Shown piece by piece: positions 26,974 through 35,395 of a stretch of 64,000 bases of DNA (position 1 is its first letter; every line of letters begins with the position of its first letter). A program made the position numbers and the translations under genes. The notes under the pieces are model-generated. The model had not been told where the DNA came from, searched no databases, and was given only the letters and a program-made list of their open reading frames with translations. Origin of the DNA: Gemmatimonadaceae bacterium (lineage in GTDB: Bacteria > Gemmatimonadota > Gemmatimonadetes > Gemmatimonadales > Gemmatimonadaceae); assembly GCA_033763905.1 (NCBI GenBank), contig JANRJP010000052.1, positions 1 through 64,000 of the forward strand. Reading direction: 5' to 3'.

Positions 26974-28671
26974 CTACGTGCGTCGCGCTTCCTTGCCCCG
27001 CTCGTTCGCGAGCAACCACTGCTGCGGCAGCGCCGCCAGGTTCTGCACCGTGTAGTACAGGTTGAGCCCCGACGCGAAGTTCAGGAACAGGAACGTCATC
27101 ATCACCGGGAAGATGTACGCCATCATCTTCGCCTGCGGATTCGGCGGCGCGTTGCGCATCCCGATCCAGCTCAACAGGTACATCGTGAGCCCCATCGCCA
27201 GCGGCACGATGTAGAGCGGGTCCTTCATCGAGATGTCCGGCAGCCACCAGAAGCTCACGCCGCGGAACTCGATCGTATTCTGGAAGACGAAGAACAGGGC
27301 GAACAGAATCGGCATCGGCAGCAGCATCGGCAGACAGCCGCTGAACGTGCTGAAGGGCGACAAGCCGTGCGCGGCGTAGACCTTCATCATTTCGGCCTGC
27401 AGCTTTTGCGGATCGCTCTTGAACTTCGCCTGCACCGCCTGCAACTCGGGCGAAATTCGCTGCATCCGGATGCTGGTGCGCATCGCGCTCTGGTTGAGCG
27501 GCCACATCGCCAGCCGGATCGCCACACCGAAGATGATCAGCACCCAACCGTAGTTGAGCTGCGTCGCGGCCTTCATCCACAGGAGCACGCGCATCACGAT
27601 CGTCGCGAACGGCTGCACCACACCCTGCAGGAATCCGCCGTATGGATTCGAATTCTCGAAGTCCCGGCCGACGGCGAGCAGGCGCTTCCACTCCTGCGGC
27701 CCGGTGTAGAGCTCCCACGCGGCGTTCCCCGCGCGCAGCTCGGTCACGATCGTGGCCGATGCCGCCGTCGCGAACTTCTGCGTCCGCGCGCCCGCCGCGA
27801 ACGACACCTCGGCGAACGGTGTCGACTGTTCGCTCGTGCTCAATGCGCCAACGACGAAGTACTTGTTCTTCGACACCACCCAGGTGTGCGGGCCCGGCTC
27901 GAGCTCCACATCGCCCGGATCGAGATCCGAGAACTTCAGAATCGACGCATCGCCGCCCTTCTTGAGCCAGGCGAAGGCCAGATTCGATGCTGCGTCGGCG
28001 GAGTCGGCCTCGGTCTGTTCAAGCCCCTCGGGCATCCCGATCAGCAGGTACGGATTGCCCGCAATGCCCGCGACGGACGCCTGCACCGTGGCGCGGTACG
28101 CCATCGCGGTGTCGGTCGGCAGCGTGTAGGTGAACGTCACCGTCGCCGGACCGGTACCTGTCGGCACGCTGGTCGTGAACGACACCACATCGGCGGCAGC
28201 CGTGGTCGACCGTGAGGGCGTGAACGCCACGCCCGTCAGCGAAATCGTGTCGCCCGGCACCACCAGGCTGTAGCGGAACATCGGCTCGTTGCGGCGCGCC
28301 AACTCCACCGGCGCCGAATCCCCCGTCACACGCAGCGAGCGGAACTCGCGCAGCGTCACGCCAATCATCGTCGCGCCCAGCGTCGAGAAGCGGTACGTCG
28401 CGCGCGGCGTGGCCAGCGACAACGTCTCCGCGGCCACCGGCGCCGTCGCCGGCGCTGCCGTCGGTGCCGCCCCCACCGCTGGCACCACACTCGGCAGTGT
28501 CGTCGCGGGCTGTCCGGCGCTCGTCGTGGTCCCGCTCGCTGGCGCCGCCGAGGTGTCGGCCACCGCCGACGCCGACGGCGCCTTCGTCGGCGTCGTGGGC
28601 GGGAAGAGCCAATTGCTCAGGAAGATCACACCGACGCCGAGCGTCAGTGCCAGAATCAACCGCCTATCCAT
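26974..28671 (-). CDS. yidC: Membrane protein insertase YidC
   Basis: NYGWVLI, WPL, GCLPMLLPMPILFALF, DPLYIVP, SGLNLYY; canonical position after yidD. Confidence 0.96.
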   Translation of the reverse strand: MDRRLILALTLGVGVIFLSNWLFPPTTPTKAPSASAVADTSAAPASGTTTSAGQPATTLPSVVPAVGAAPTAAPATAPVAAETLSLATPRATYRFSTLGATMIGVTLREFRSLRVTGDSAPVELARRNEPMFRYSLVVPGDTISLTGVAFTPSRSTTAAADVVSFTTSVPTGTGPATVTFTYTLPTDTAMAYRATVQASVAGIAGNPYLLIGMPEGLEQTEADSADAASNLAFAWLKKGGDASILKFSDLDPGDVELEPGPHTWVVSKNKYFVVGALSTSEQSTPFAEVSFAAGARTQKFATAASATIVTELRAGNAAWELYTGPQEWKRLLAVGRDFENSNPYGGFLQGVVQPFATIVMRVLLWMKAATQLNYGWVLIIFGVAIRLAMWPLNQSAMRTSIRMQRISPELQAVQAKFKSDPQKLQAEMMKVYAAHGLSPFSTFSGCLPMLLPMPILFALFFVFQNTIEFRGVSFWWLPDISMKDPLYIVPLAMGLTMYLLSWIGMRNAPPNPQAKMMAYIFPVMMTFLFLNFASGLNLYYTVQNLAALPQQWLLANERGKEARRT

Positions 28672-28686
28672 CAGCGTATCGTGAAG

Positions 28687-28896
28687 TCAGGGAACCGGGT
28701 CGAATCCACCCGGACGAAACGGATGACATCGGAGAATGCGCCGCGCAGCCAGCCACGAGCCGCGCCACGCGCCGTGTCGCTCGAGCGCTTCAATCGCATA
28801 CGCCGAGCAGGTGGGAAAGTAGCGGCAGGACGGGCCCAGATGCGGAGAGATCCCGACCTGATACAAGCGCACGAACCAGATCAGGACGCCGCGCAT
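28687..28896 (-). CDS. yidD: Membrane protein insertion efficiency factor
   Basis: YQVGISP...[12 protein letters not shown]...[17 protein letters not shown]. Confidence 0.95.
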   Translation of the reverse strand: MRGVLIWFVRLYQVGISPHLGPSCRYFPTCSAYAIEALERHGAWRGSWLAARRILRCHPFRPGGFDPVP

Positions 28897-29267
28897 CAGA
28901 CGTCCGCCTGCGGGGGCGACATCCCGAGCGCCGCAATGGCCGACGGCAGCGACTGGACCTCCGCCGACAACTGCGCGAACGACACCTGATAGGCGGGTGG
29001 CATCGCACGCACCAGCACATCGACGCCGGCCAGCGACGGCACGACCTGCGTGCGCACCAACTCCCGCAGCCGACGCTTCAGGCGATTGCGATCGACCGAT
29101 CCGTGTCCGTGCTTGCCCACGATGATCCCCACGCGCACCAACGCGAACGGGGAGGCGGCCACCCGGACGTCGAGTACCGCCGTCCGAAGGCGCCTCCCCA
29201 CTGTGCGCACGCGCGCAATCTCGCTCGCCTGCGTCAGCCGCTGCTGACGCGGGAGCCCAAAACCGTC
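28896..29267 (-). CDS. rnpA: Ribonuclease P protein subunit; true start uncertain
   Basis: [21 protein letters not shown] (RNR motif). In-frame N-terminal [10 protein letters not shown] lies upstream of the first GTG (29210) and has no canonical start codon. Confidence 0.88.
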   Translation of the reverse strand, partial: DGFGLPRQQRLTQASEIARVRTVGRRLRTAVLDVRVAASPFALVRVGIIVGKHGHGSVDRNRLKRRLRELVRTQVVPSLAGVDVLVRAMPPAYQVSFAQLSAEVQSLPSAIAALGMSPPQADV

Positions 29268-29430
29268 AGACGCCGCCGTACTTGCTCGGCAACTTCACGG
29301 TCAAACGCTTGCGCCCCTTCTTGCGACGGCGGCTCAGCGTGGCACGGCCCCACTTGGTTTCCATCCGCGTGCGGAACCCGTGCGTCGCGATGCGGCGCTT
29401 GTTGCGCGGACGGTACGTCGGCTTGCCCAT
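29266..29430 (-). CDS. rpmH: 50S ribosomal protein bL34 (54 aa, C-terminally extended)
   Basis: [23 protein letters not shown]...[12 protein letters not shown] plus [13 protein letters not shown] Shine-Dalgarno upstream. Confidence 0.97.
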   Translation of the reverse strand: MGKPTYRPRNKRRIATHGFRTRMETKWGRATLSRRRKKGRKRLTVKLPSKYGGV

Positions 29431-29551
29431 AGCTACTCCAAACGAACGAAATGGATTGTCAGGTGCAGAACCGTAAGTATCGCTGGTGACGAGACTTGGA
29501 TCAAGTCCCACCCCCTCACACGGGAAAGGAACCCAGCATCTGCACGTTGAC

Positions 29552-29560
29552 TTTTCCACA
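29552..29560 (+). promoter_or_regulatory. DnaA box in the rpmH-dnaA intergenic region
   Basis: TTTTCCACA, an exact match to TTWTNCACA. Confidence 0.7.
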
Positions 29561-29620
29561 TCGAATTCCTAGGTTCGCCCCCCTTCCCGTTCGTCTCGGC
29601 TTTTCCGGTCCCGCGCCTCA

Positions 29621-31012
29621 ATGTCCCTCTCTGCCGCCGAAGTTTGGACGCGTCTGCTCGACGCCGCGCGGCGGGACATCCCGGAGCTCACCTTCAGGAC
29701 CTGGCTCGAACCCGCCAAACCCTACCGGTTCGAGCACGACGTCATCGAGGTCTCGGTCCCCGACCAAATGGCCGTCGAGTGGAACGAGGCAAAACACGCC
29801 CCGATCCTCGCCGGTCACGCCCCAACGGCCCTCGGTCACCCGATCCGGATCGTCTTCCGGGTCGACGACGAACGAAAGGCGCGCGACCAGATGGACCTGT
29901 TCGTCGCGCCACAAGCGACGTCAGTAGTAAAGACAGAATCGGAAGATATTGGCGGCATAAACACGACACTGAACCCGAGATACACGTTCAGTACGTTCGT
30001 GATCGGCAAGTCCAACGAGCTCGCCGCTGCCGCCGCGCAGGGCGCCGCTGAGTCGCCGGGCAAGACGTTCAACCCGCTCTTCATCTACGGCCCGACCGGC
30101 GTCGGCAAGACCCACCTGATGCAGGCGCTCGGTCACGCCCTGCTCGCCCGTCGCCGAGAGCTCCGCATCGCCTTCGTCCCGTCGGAGCAGTTCGTCAACG
30201 AACTCATTGCCGCGATGCGGGCCGGGAGCCAGGCCGCGTTCAAGAACCAGTACCGTCGCGCCGACGTCCTGCTCGTCGATGACGTGCACTTCATTGCCGG
30301 CAAGGAGCGCACGCAGGAAGAGTTCTTCCACACGTTCAACGCGCTCTACGAGGCCGGCCGCCAGATCGTCCTCACCAGCGATCGCCCGCCGGGCGAGATC
30401 CAGGGCCTCGAGGCGCGGCTGGTCTCGCGCTTCGAGTGGGGAATGGTCGCCGACGTCGGGATGCCCGACCTCGAGCACCGCATCGCCATTCTCCAACGGA
30501 AGATCGAGCTCGACGCCCTCGATCAGACGATCCCCGAATCGGTGCTCCGGTTCATTGCCGAGAACGTGCGCGCATCGGTGCGCGAGCTCGAAGGCTCGAT
30601 CATCAAGTTGCTGGCCTTTGCCTCACTGCGGCGCGGCGCGATCACGATCGATCTCGCCCGCGAAGCACTGCGCGACAAATTGCGCCCAGGTGCCGACGGA
30701 CAGCTTGGCGATCCGGGCGTCACGCCCTACACCATTCAGCAAGCGGTCGCGCGCGAGTTTGGCGTCACCCCAGAAGGCCTCCGGTCGCAGACCCGAACGA
30801 AGGTCCTCACGGTGCCCCGCCAGATCGCGATGCACCTGATCCGCGAGCTGCTTGGCACGTCACTGGTCGAGATTGGCCAGGTCTTCGGCAACCGCGATCA
30901 TTCCACCGTCATCCACAGTCTGGAACGGGCGAAGGCGATGTTGGCCGAGGACAAGGACATACGCGATCGAACCGATCGGCTTCGGCTCTTGTTGGAAAGT
31001 CGAAATTCGTAA
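29621..31012 (+). CDS. dnaA: Chromosomal replication initiator DnaA
   Basis: LNPRYTFSTFV, NPLFIYGPTGVGKTHL, LLVDDVHF, QEEFFHTFN, RLVSRF, VRELEG, RDHSTVIH. Confidence 0.98.
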   Translation: MSLSAAEVWTRLLDAARRDIPELTFRTWLEPAKPYRFEHDVIEVSVPDQMAVEWNEAKHAPILAGHAPTALGHPIRIVFRVDDERKARDQMDLFVAPQATSVVKTESEDIGGINTTLNPRYTFSTFVIGKSNELAAAAAQGAAESPGKTFNPLFIYGPTGVGKTHLMQALGHALLARRRELRIAFVPSEQFVNELIAAMRAGSQAAFKNQYRRADVLLVDDVHFIAGKERTQEEFFHTFNALYEAGRQIVLTSDRPPGEIQGLEARLVSRFEWGMVADVGMPDLEHRIAILQRKIELDALDQTIPESVLRFIAENVRASVRELEGSIIKLLAFASLRRGAITIDLAREALRDKLRPGADGQLGDPGVTPYTIQQAVAREFGVTPEGLRSQTRTKVLTVPRQIAMHLIRELLGTSLVEIGQVFGNRDHSTVIHSLERAKAMLAEDKDIRDRTDRLRLLLESRNS

Positions 31013-31245
31013 ACACCGCTCCGCAGTTGTTCGTTGTCGGATTGTTAAGGATGAGTAAACTGGGGGTTTCCCACCTGTTTCCCCCAGCGGGATCAACACT
31101 CGGTGAATGTTGCCAAGTGTCAGCAGTGCAGTAGGTTACGCCGTTCGTCCACATTTCCACGCCCCCTGCTACTACATCCTCCTTTCTCTCCATATAAAGG
31201 ACAGAAAGAACCGGTAGGCGGCACGAGGCCGCGGAGCACCCCGTT
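31013..31245. other. Replication origin (oriC) unwinding region between dnaA and dnaN
   Basis: AT-richer spacer with TCGTCCACA-TTTCCACG tandem boxes (31145-31161), a C-run, trio-like TGCTACTAC and a pyrimidine/AT tract ending CATATAAA. Confidence 0.85.
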
Positions 31246-32355
31246 ATGCGCTTCACCATCAGTCGCGAAAAGCTGCAGGAAGGTCTCACGGCCGTCGGTG
31301 CGAGCATCCCGTCGAAGTCGACGCTGCCCGTCCTGGCCAACCTCCTGGTCGAGACCACCGAGAAGGGAATTCGTCTCAGCGGGACGGATCTCGACATCGC
31401 GGTCTCGACCGAAGTCTCGGCCGACGTCGAGACGCCAGGGGCGATCACCATTCCTGCCAAGAAGCTCACCGAGATCGCGCGCGAATTGCCGCCGAACCCG
31501 GTGAAGATCTCGTCGTCCGGTGATCAGCGAATCACCCTCGAATGCGGACGCTCGAAGTTCAAGCTGCTCGGACTGCCCAAGGACGAGTTCCCGGCGTTTC
31601 CGGCGGTGAAGTTCGGCAACGCTCTCAAGATCAAGTCGGGCGAGCTCCAGCAGCTCATCTCGCACGTGGCGTTTGCGGTGTCGACCGAAGAGAGCCGTCC
31701 AATCCTCAACGGGGTGCTGTGGGAGTTGCGCGCCGACCGGATGCGGATGGTGGCGACGAATGGGCATCGCCTCGCGAAGATGGAGCTGCCCGTGAACGGT
31801 GGCGGCGGATCGCAGGATCTCATCGTGCCGCCGAAGGCGCTCGAGCAGATCCGCCGGCTGTTTCCCGCCGAAGAGGAGCTGGAAATCGCGAAGGGCGACA
31901 ACCACCTCGGCTTCCGTTCGCCGATCACCTCGGTGTACACGCGCCTGATCGAAGGGCCGTATCCGAATTACGAGCAGGTGATTCCGAAGGACAACGACAA
32001 GTCCTGCGTCGCCGACAAGGCGCTGTTGACGGCGGCGATCAAGCGGATGAGCGTGGTCGCCAGCGATCAGACGCACCGCATCAAGCTGTCGTTCAATGCC
32101 GGAATGCTGAAGTTCGCGGTGCAGACGCCGGATCTCGGCGAAGCGCAGGACGAAATCCCCGTGCGCTATGACGGCGATCCGCTCGATATCGGCTTCAACG
32201 CAGCGTATCTCCTGGAAGTGCTGCGCTTCATTCCCACCGACGAAGTGAAGCTGACCTTCAAGGCGCCGGAACGGGCGGCAACGCTCGAGCCCGAGGCGTG
32301 GAAGGAGCCGGGCCAGTTCCTCTCGCTGGTGATGCCGCTGCGTCTCGTCGACTGA
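31246..32355 (+). CDS. dnaN: DNA polymerase III beta sliding clamp
   Basis: STLPVLAN, GTDLD, RPILNG, VATNGHRLA, LIEGPYPNYEQVIP, IGFN, VMPLR. Confidence 0.98.
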   Translation: MRFTISREKLQEGLTAVGASIPSKSTLPVLANLLVETTEKGIRLSGTDLDIAVSTEVSADVETPGAITIPAKKLTEIARELPPNPVKISSSGDQRITLECGRSKFKLLGLPKDEFPAFPAVKFGNALKIKSGELQQLISHVAFAVSTEESRPILNGVLWELRADRMRMVATNGHRLAKMELPVNGGGGSQDLIVPPKALEQIRRLFPAEEELEIAKGDNHLGFRSPITSVYTRLIEGPYPNYEQVIPKDNDKSCVADKALLTAAIKRMSVVASDQTHRIKLSFNAGMLKFAVQTPDLGEAQDEIPVRYDGDPLDIGFNAAYLLEVLRFIPTDEVKLTFKAPERAATLEPEAWKEPGQFLSLVMPLRLVD

Positions 32356-32372
32356 ATCGACGGGAAGACAGA

Positions 32373-32407
32373 CGAACGGGTCGTCGGCAATGCCGGCGAC
32401 CCGTTCG
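32373..32407. terminator. Hairpin between convergent dnaN and rnpB
   Basis: cgaacgggtcgtcggca / tgccggcgacccgttcg inverted repeat. Confidence 0.65.
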
Positions 32408-32425
32408 CATTCGTGCACCAGAGAT

Positions 32426-32809
32426 GTCGTTGGTCTGTAAGCCGGGTCCTGTCCCGCTCGGGTGAGCGGTGACGGTCATTTCTCTCGGCGTTCGGTCACC
32501 CGAACGCTCTAGCAGCCTACCCGCGGTGTCTTGATCGGAGTGGGCACTCCTCACCGCCTATTTGGCCTTGCTCCCGCCGGGGGTTACCGTGCCGCGTTCG
32601 TTGCCGACCGCGCGGTGGGCTCTTACCCCACCCTTTCACCCTTACCGCATCCTCGCGGATACGGCGGTTTGCTTTCTGTTGCCCTGTCCGTCCTGCCGCA
32701 CTCACGCACGGCAGGCCCAGGCGTTACCTGGCAGCGCGCCCAATGGAGCCCGGACTTTCCTCGGCATTGCGCGCCGAAGCGCGAATGACGCGACCGTCCG
32801 ACCAACGAC
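32426..32809 (-). ncRNA. rnpB: RNase P RNA (bacterial type A)
   Basis: Minus strand GAGGAAAGTCCGGGCTC, GCCAGGTAACGCCTGG, ACAGAAAG, GGTAAGAGCCCACC, GAGCAAGGCCAAA, AGAGAAATG, ACAGGACCCGGCTTA; P1 pairing GTCGTTGGTC/GACCAACGAC; TAGACT -10 element upstream. Confidence 0.97.
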
Positions 32810-32914
32810 CCGTCACAGTCTAGTCGGAAGGTATCGACGGAGGAATGACGGACGGCGGGCACTGTGATCGAGGACACAAGACTCATCCTCTCACCCGTGC
32901 CAGGAGATCTGCCG

Positions 32915-33835
32915 ATGCCGACCGAACGCTCCCGCACCACGACGCTTGCTTCCGAACCCACACGATTGGCCACGCTCCTGCGTCCGCAGGATCGGGACCG
33001 CGTCGAAGCCGCCGGCGCGGGGCTGGTGGATGCGCGGCATCGGGAGTCGATCGACGAACTGCATCGGGATCTCCGGCTGGCGCGCGTCGACGCCGTCCTC
33101 GTGTCGGTGGATCAGTGTGATGCCAAGACGGCGCAGGGGTTGGCGCGTTGTGTGCGCGAGTTTCCGCTGGTGCCGGCCTATGCGCTGTTGGGGACCGATG
33201 TCGCGAACGCCGTCCCGACCGCGCTGGCACTCGGTCGCGCCGGGGTCCGTCGACTGATCGATGTCCGGTCACCGGCAGGCTGGAACGAACTGCGCCATCT
33301 CCTGGCGCAGGAGCGACAGCAGGGTGTCGAATCGCGGCTGCGTTCGATGTTCCGCGAGGCGCTCCCCGCGATGAACAGCGACGCTCGGCGATTCTTCGAT
33401 GCGCTGGCCGCGGGGGCCTCGCGCCTCCGCACGGTGCGCGAACTCTGCCGCGTCCTCGGTGTGCGCGCGCCATCGGTCACGTCGCGCTTCTACCGGGCAG
33501 GCGTGCCGGCACCCAAGCGATTCCTCGCGATGACGCGCCTGGTGCGGGCGGCCGCGCTACTCGAGAATCCCGGGCTGTCGATCTCGCAGGTCGCGTATCG
33601 CCTCGGCTACTCGTCCCCGCAGTGCTTCAACCGGCACGTGCGTCGGTGGTCCGGCCAAACGGCGGCGACGTTTCGGTCGGCCAATGGACTCGATCGAATG
33701 CTGCAGGTCTTTCGACGGGAGTTGATCGACCCCTACGTCACGCAGTTGGAACAGCTGCGTCCGTATGGCGGCCCGCGAGTGCAGCGACCGCCCGTCGCGG
33801 GCGGGAGACCGACGGGTCTCGCGCGGGCGGCCTAG
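32915..33835 (+). CDS. AraC family transcriptional regulator
   Basis: C-terminal RLVRAAALLENPGLSISQVAYRLGYSSPQCFNRHVRRWSGQT; AGGAG Shine-Dalgarno before ATG 32915. Confidence 0.85.
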   Translation: MPTERSRTTTLASEPTRLATLLRPQDRDRVEAAGAGLVDARHRESIDELHRDLRLARVDAVLVSVDQCDAKTAQGLARCVREFPLVPAYALLGTDVANAVPTALALGRAGVRRLIDVRSPAGWNELRHLLAQERQQGVESRLRSMFREALPAMNSDARRFFDALAAGASRLRTVRELCRVLGVRAPSVTSRFYRAGVPAPKRFLAMTRLVRAAALLENPGLSISQVAYRLGYSSPQCFNRHVRRWSGQTAATFRSANGLDRMLQVFRRELIDPYVTQLEQLRPYGGPRVQRPPVAGGRPTGLARAA

Positions 33836-33856
33836 GCCGGCCGGCGCGTGGGGTCG

Positions 33857-34408
33857 TCAGGATCCGAGCAGCGCCAAGACGTCGGCGGCGCGCACCAAGG
33901 CGTGCACCGACAGGCCGGCGGCTTCCAACGCCTCGCGGCCCCCTTCCTCGCGATCGACCACGGCGAGAACGCCGGCCACCGTGGCACCGGCCGCCTGGAG
34001 CGCTGCGACCGCCTTCAGCGCGCTGCCTCCGGTCGTGATCACGTCTTCGACCACCACGACGCGATCGCCCGCGCGATACTGCCCTTCGATCAGCTGGCCG
34101 GTGCCGTGCTGCTTGGCTTCCTTCCGCACCGTAAACGCCCGCACCGGCTGGCCCGCCAATTGGCTCGCGTACGCAATGGCGTAGGCAATCGGGTCTGCGC
34201 CGAGCGTCAGGCCGCCGACGCTCTGGGCACCCCACGCCTGCACGATCGGCAGACCCAACGTGCCGATCAGCACCAGGCCTTCCGGGTGCATCGTGGTGCG
34301 ACGTGCGTCGATGTACAGCGACGAACGGCGTCCGGACGCGAGCACGAAATCCCCGGTCTTCGCGGACTCCCGCGCGAGCAGGGCGACGAGCGCGGATGAT
34401 GCGCTCAC
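33857..34408 (-). CDS. pyrE: Orotate phosphoribosyltransferase
   Basis: GDFVLASGRRS, GGLTLGADP, VRKEAKQHG, VVVEDVITTGGS, VDREEGG. Confidence 0.96.
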   Translation of the reverse strand: MSASSALVALLARESAKTGDFVLASGRRSSLYIDARRTTMHPEGLVLIGTLGLPIVQAWGAQSVGGLTLGADPIAYAIAYASQLAGQPVRAFTVRKEAKQHGTGQLIEGQYRAGDRVVVVEDVITTGGSALKAVAALQAAGATVAGVLAVVDREEGGREALEAAGLSVHALVRAADVLALLGS

Positions 34409-35322
34409 TTCTTGCCGCCGAACACGCCGCGAATCTTCGAGAACAGGCCACCCTCGCTGCCCGCCGTCTCGGGCGGCAACGCCAACGCGGCCGACAACTC
34501 CCGCGCAAAGGTCTCCACATCCGGGTAGCGATCGGCCGGCTGTCGCGAGAGCGCCTTCATGATGACGCGCTCCACTTCGCTGTGGAACTTGAGTCCCGGC
34601 TTCGCCTGATTGAGCGGGGTCGGCGGCTGCGAGAGTAGCAGCGAGAACATTTCGCGCGCCGACTTGGCTCCGTAGGGCAACACGCCCGAGAGCAGGTAGT
34701 ACGCAATCGAGCCCAGCGAGTACTGGTCCGCCGCAGGACCCGGCAGGTCGCCCGACAACGCCTCGGGGGCGACGTACATCAGCGTCCCGACGAAGAAGCC
34801 GGCGCGCGTCAGGCGCTCGTCCGGGGCGGTGTCGGTCGAGACCGCGATCCCGTAGTCGAGCAACTTCGCCTGACGGGTCGCCGGGTTGTACATCGTGTTG
34901 TCGGGCTTGAGATCCCGGTGCACGATGCCGCGCGCGTGGATCGAGGCGACCGCCGCTGCGACCTGCGTCAGGATGACGGCGACCTCATCGGGCGGCAGCG
35001 AGCCAAGGCGCTTGGCGTACTTCTCGAGGAGCTCGCCGTCCGCCCACTCCAGCGCCAGAAAGTGCAACCCGCCCGGACCTTCGCCCAATTCGAGCGTACG
35101 GACGGCGTTGGGATGCGAAATCTGGAGCCCGTAGCTCGCTTCGCGGACGAATCGCGCAATGGCGTTCTTGTCGTTCCGCAACTTCTCGCGGAGCACCTTG
35201 AGCGCGACGTTGCCGTGCGTCGGGTGGGTCGCGCGGTACACGGCGGCCGTACCGCCCTCGCCCACCGCCTCGAGCAGGGTGTAGCCGTTGAGGGTCGTGC
35301 CGATCAAGGGGTCTCGTGCCAC
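34405..35322 (-). CDS. Stand-alone Hanks-type Ser/Thr protein kinase
   Basis: GEGGTAAVY, VALK, HRDLKPDN, DYG (DFG variant), GTLMYVAPE, DQYSLG. Confidence 0.93.
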   Translation of the reverse strand: MARDPLIGTTLNGYTLLEAVGEGGTAAVYRATHPTHGNVALKVLREKLRNDKNAIARFVREASYGLQISHPNAVRTLELGEGPGGLHFLALEWADGELLEKYAKRLGSLPPDEVAVILTQVAAAVASIHARGIVHRDLKPDNTMYNPATRQAKLLDYGIAVSTDTAPDERLTRAGFFVGTLMYVAPEALSGDLPGPAADQYSLGSIAYYLLSGVLPYGAKSAREMFSLLLSQPPTPLNQAKPGLKFHSEVERVIMKALSRQPADRYPDVETFARELSAALALPPETAGSEGGLFSKIRGVFGGKK

Positions 35323-35395
35323 GAGGCCAAGCTAACGTTTGCCGAGGGAGCGGCACAAGCGAGCGGATCGTTGGGTATCTGTGTAAACTCTTGCC

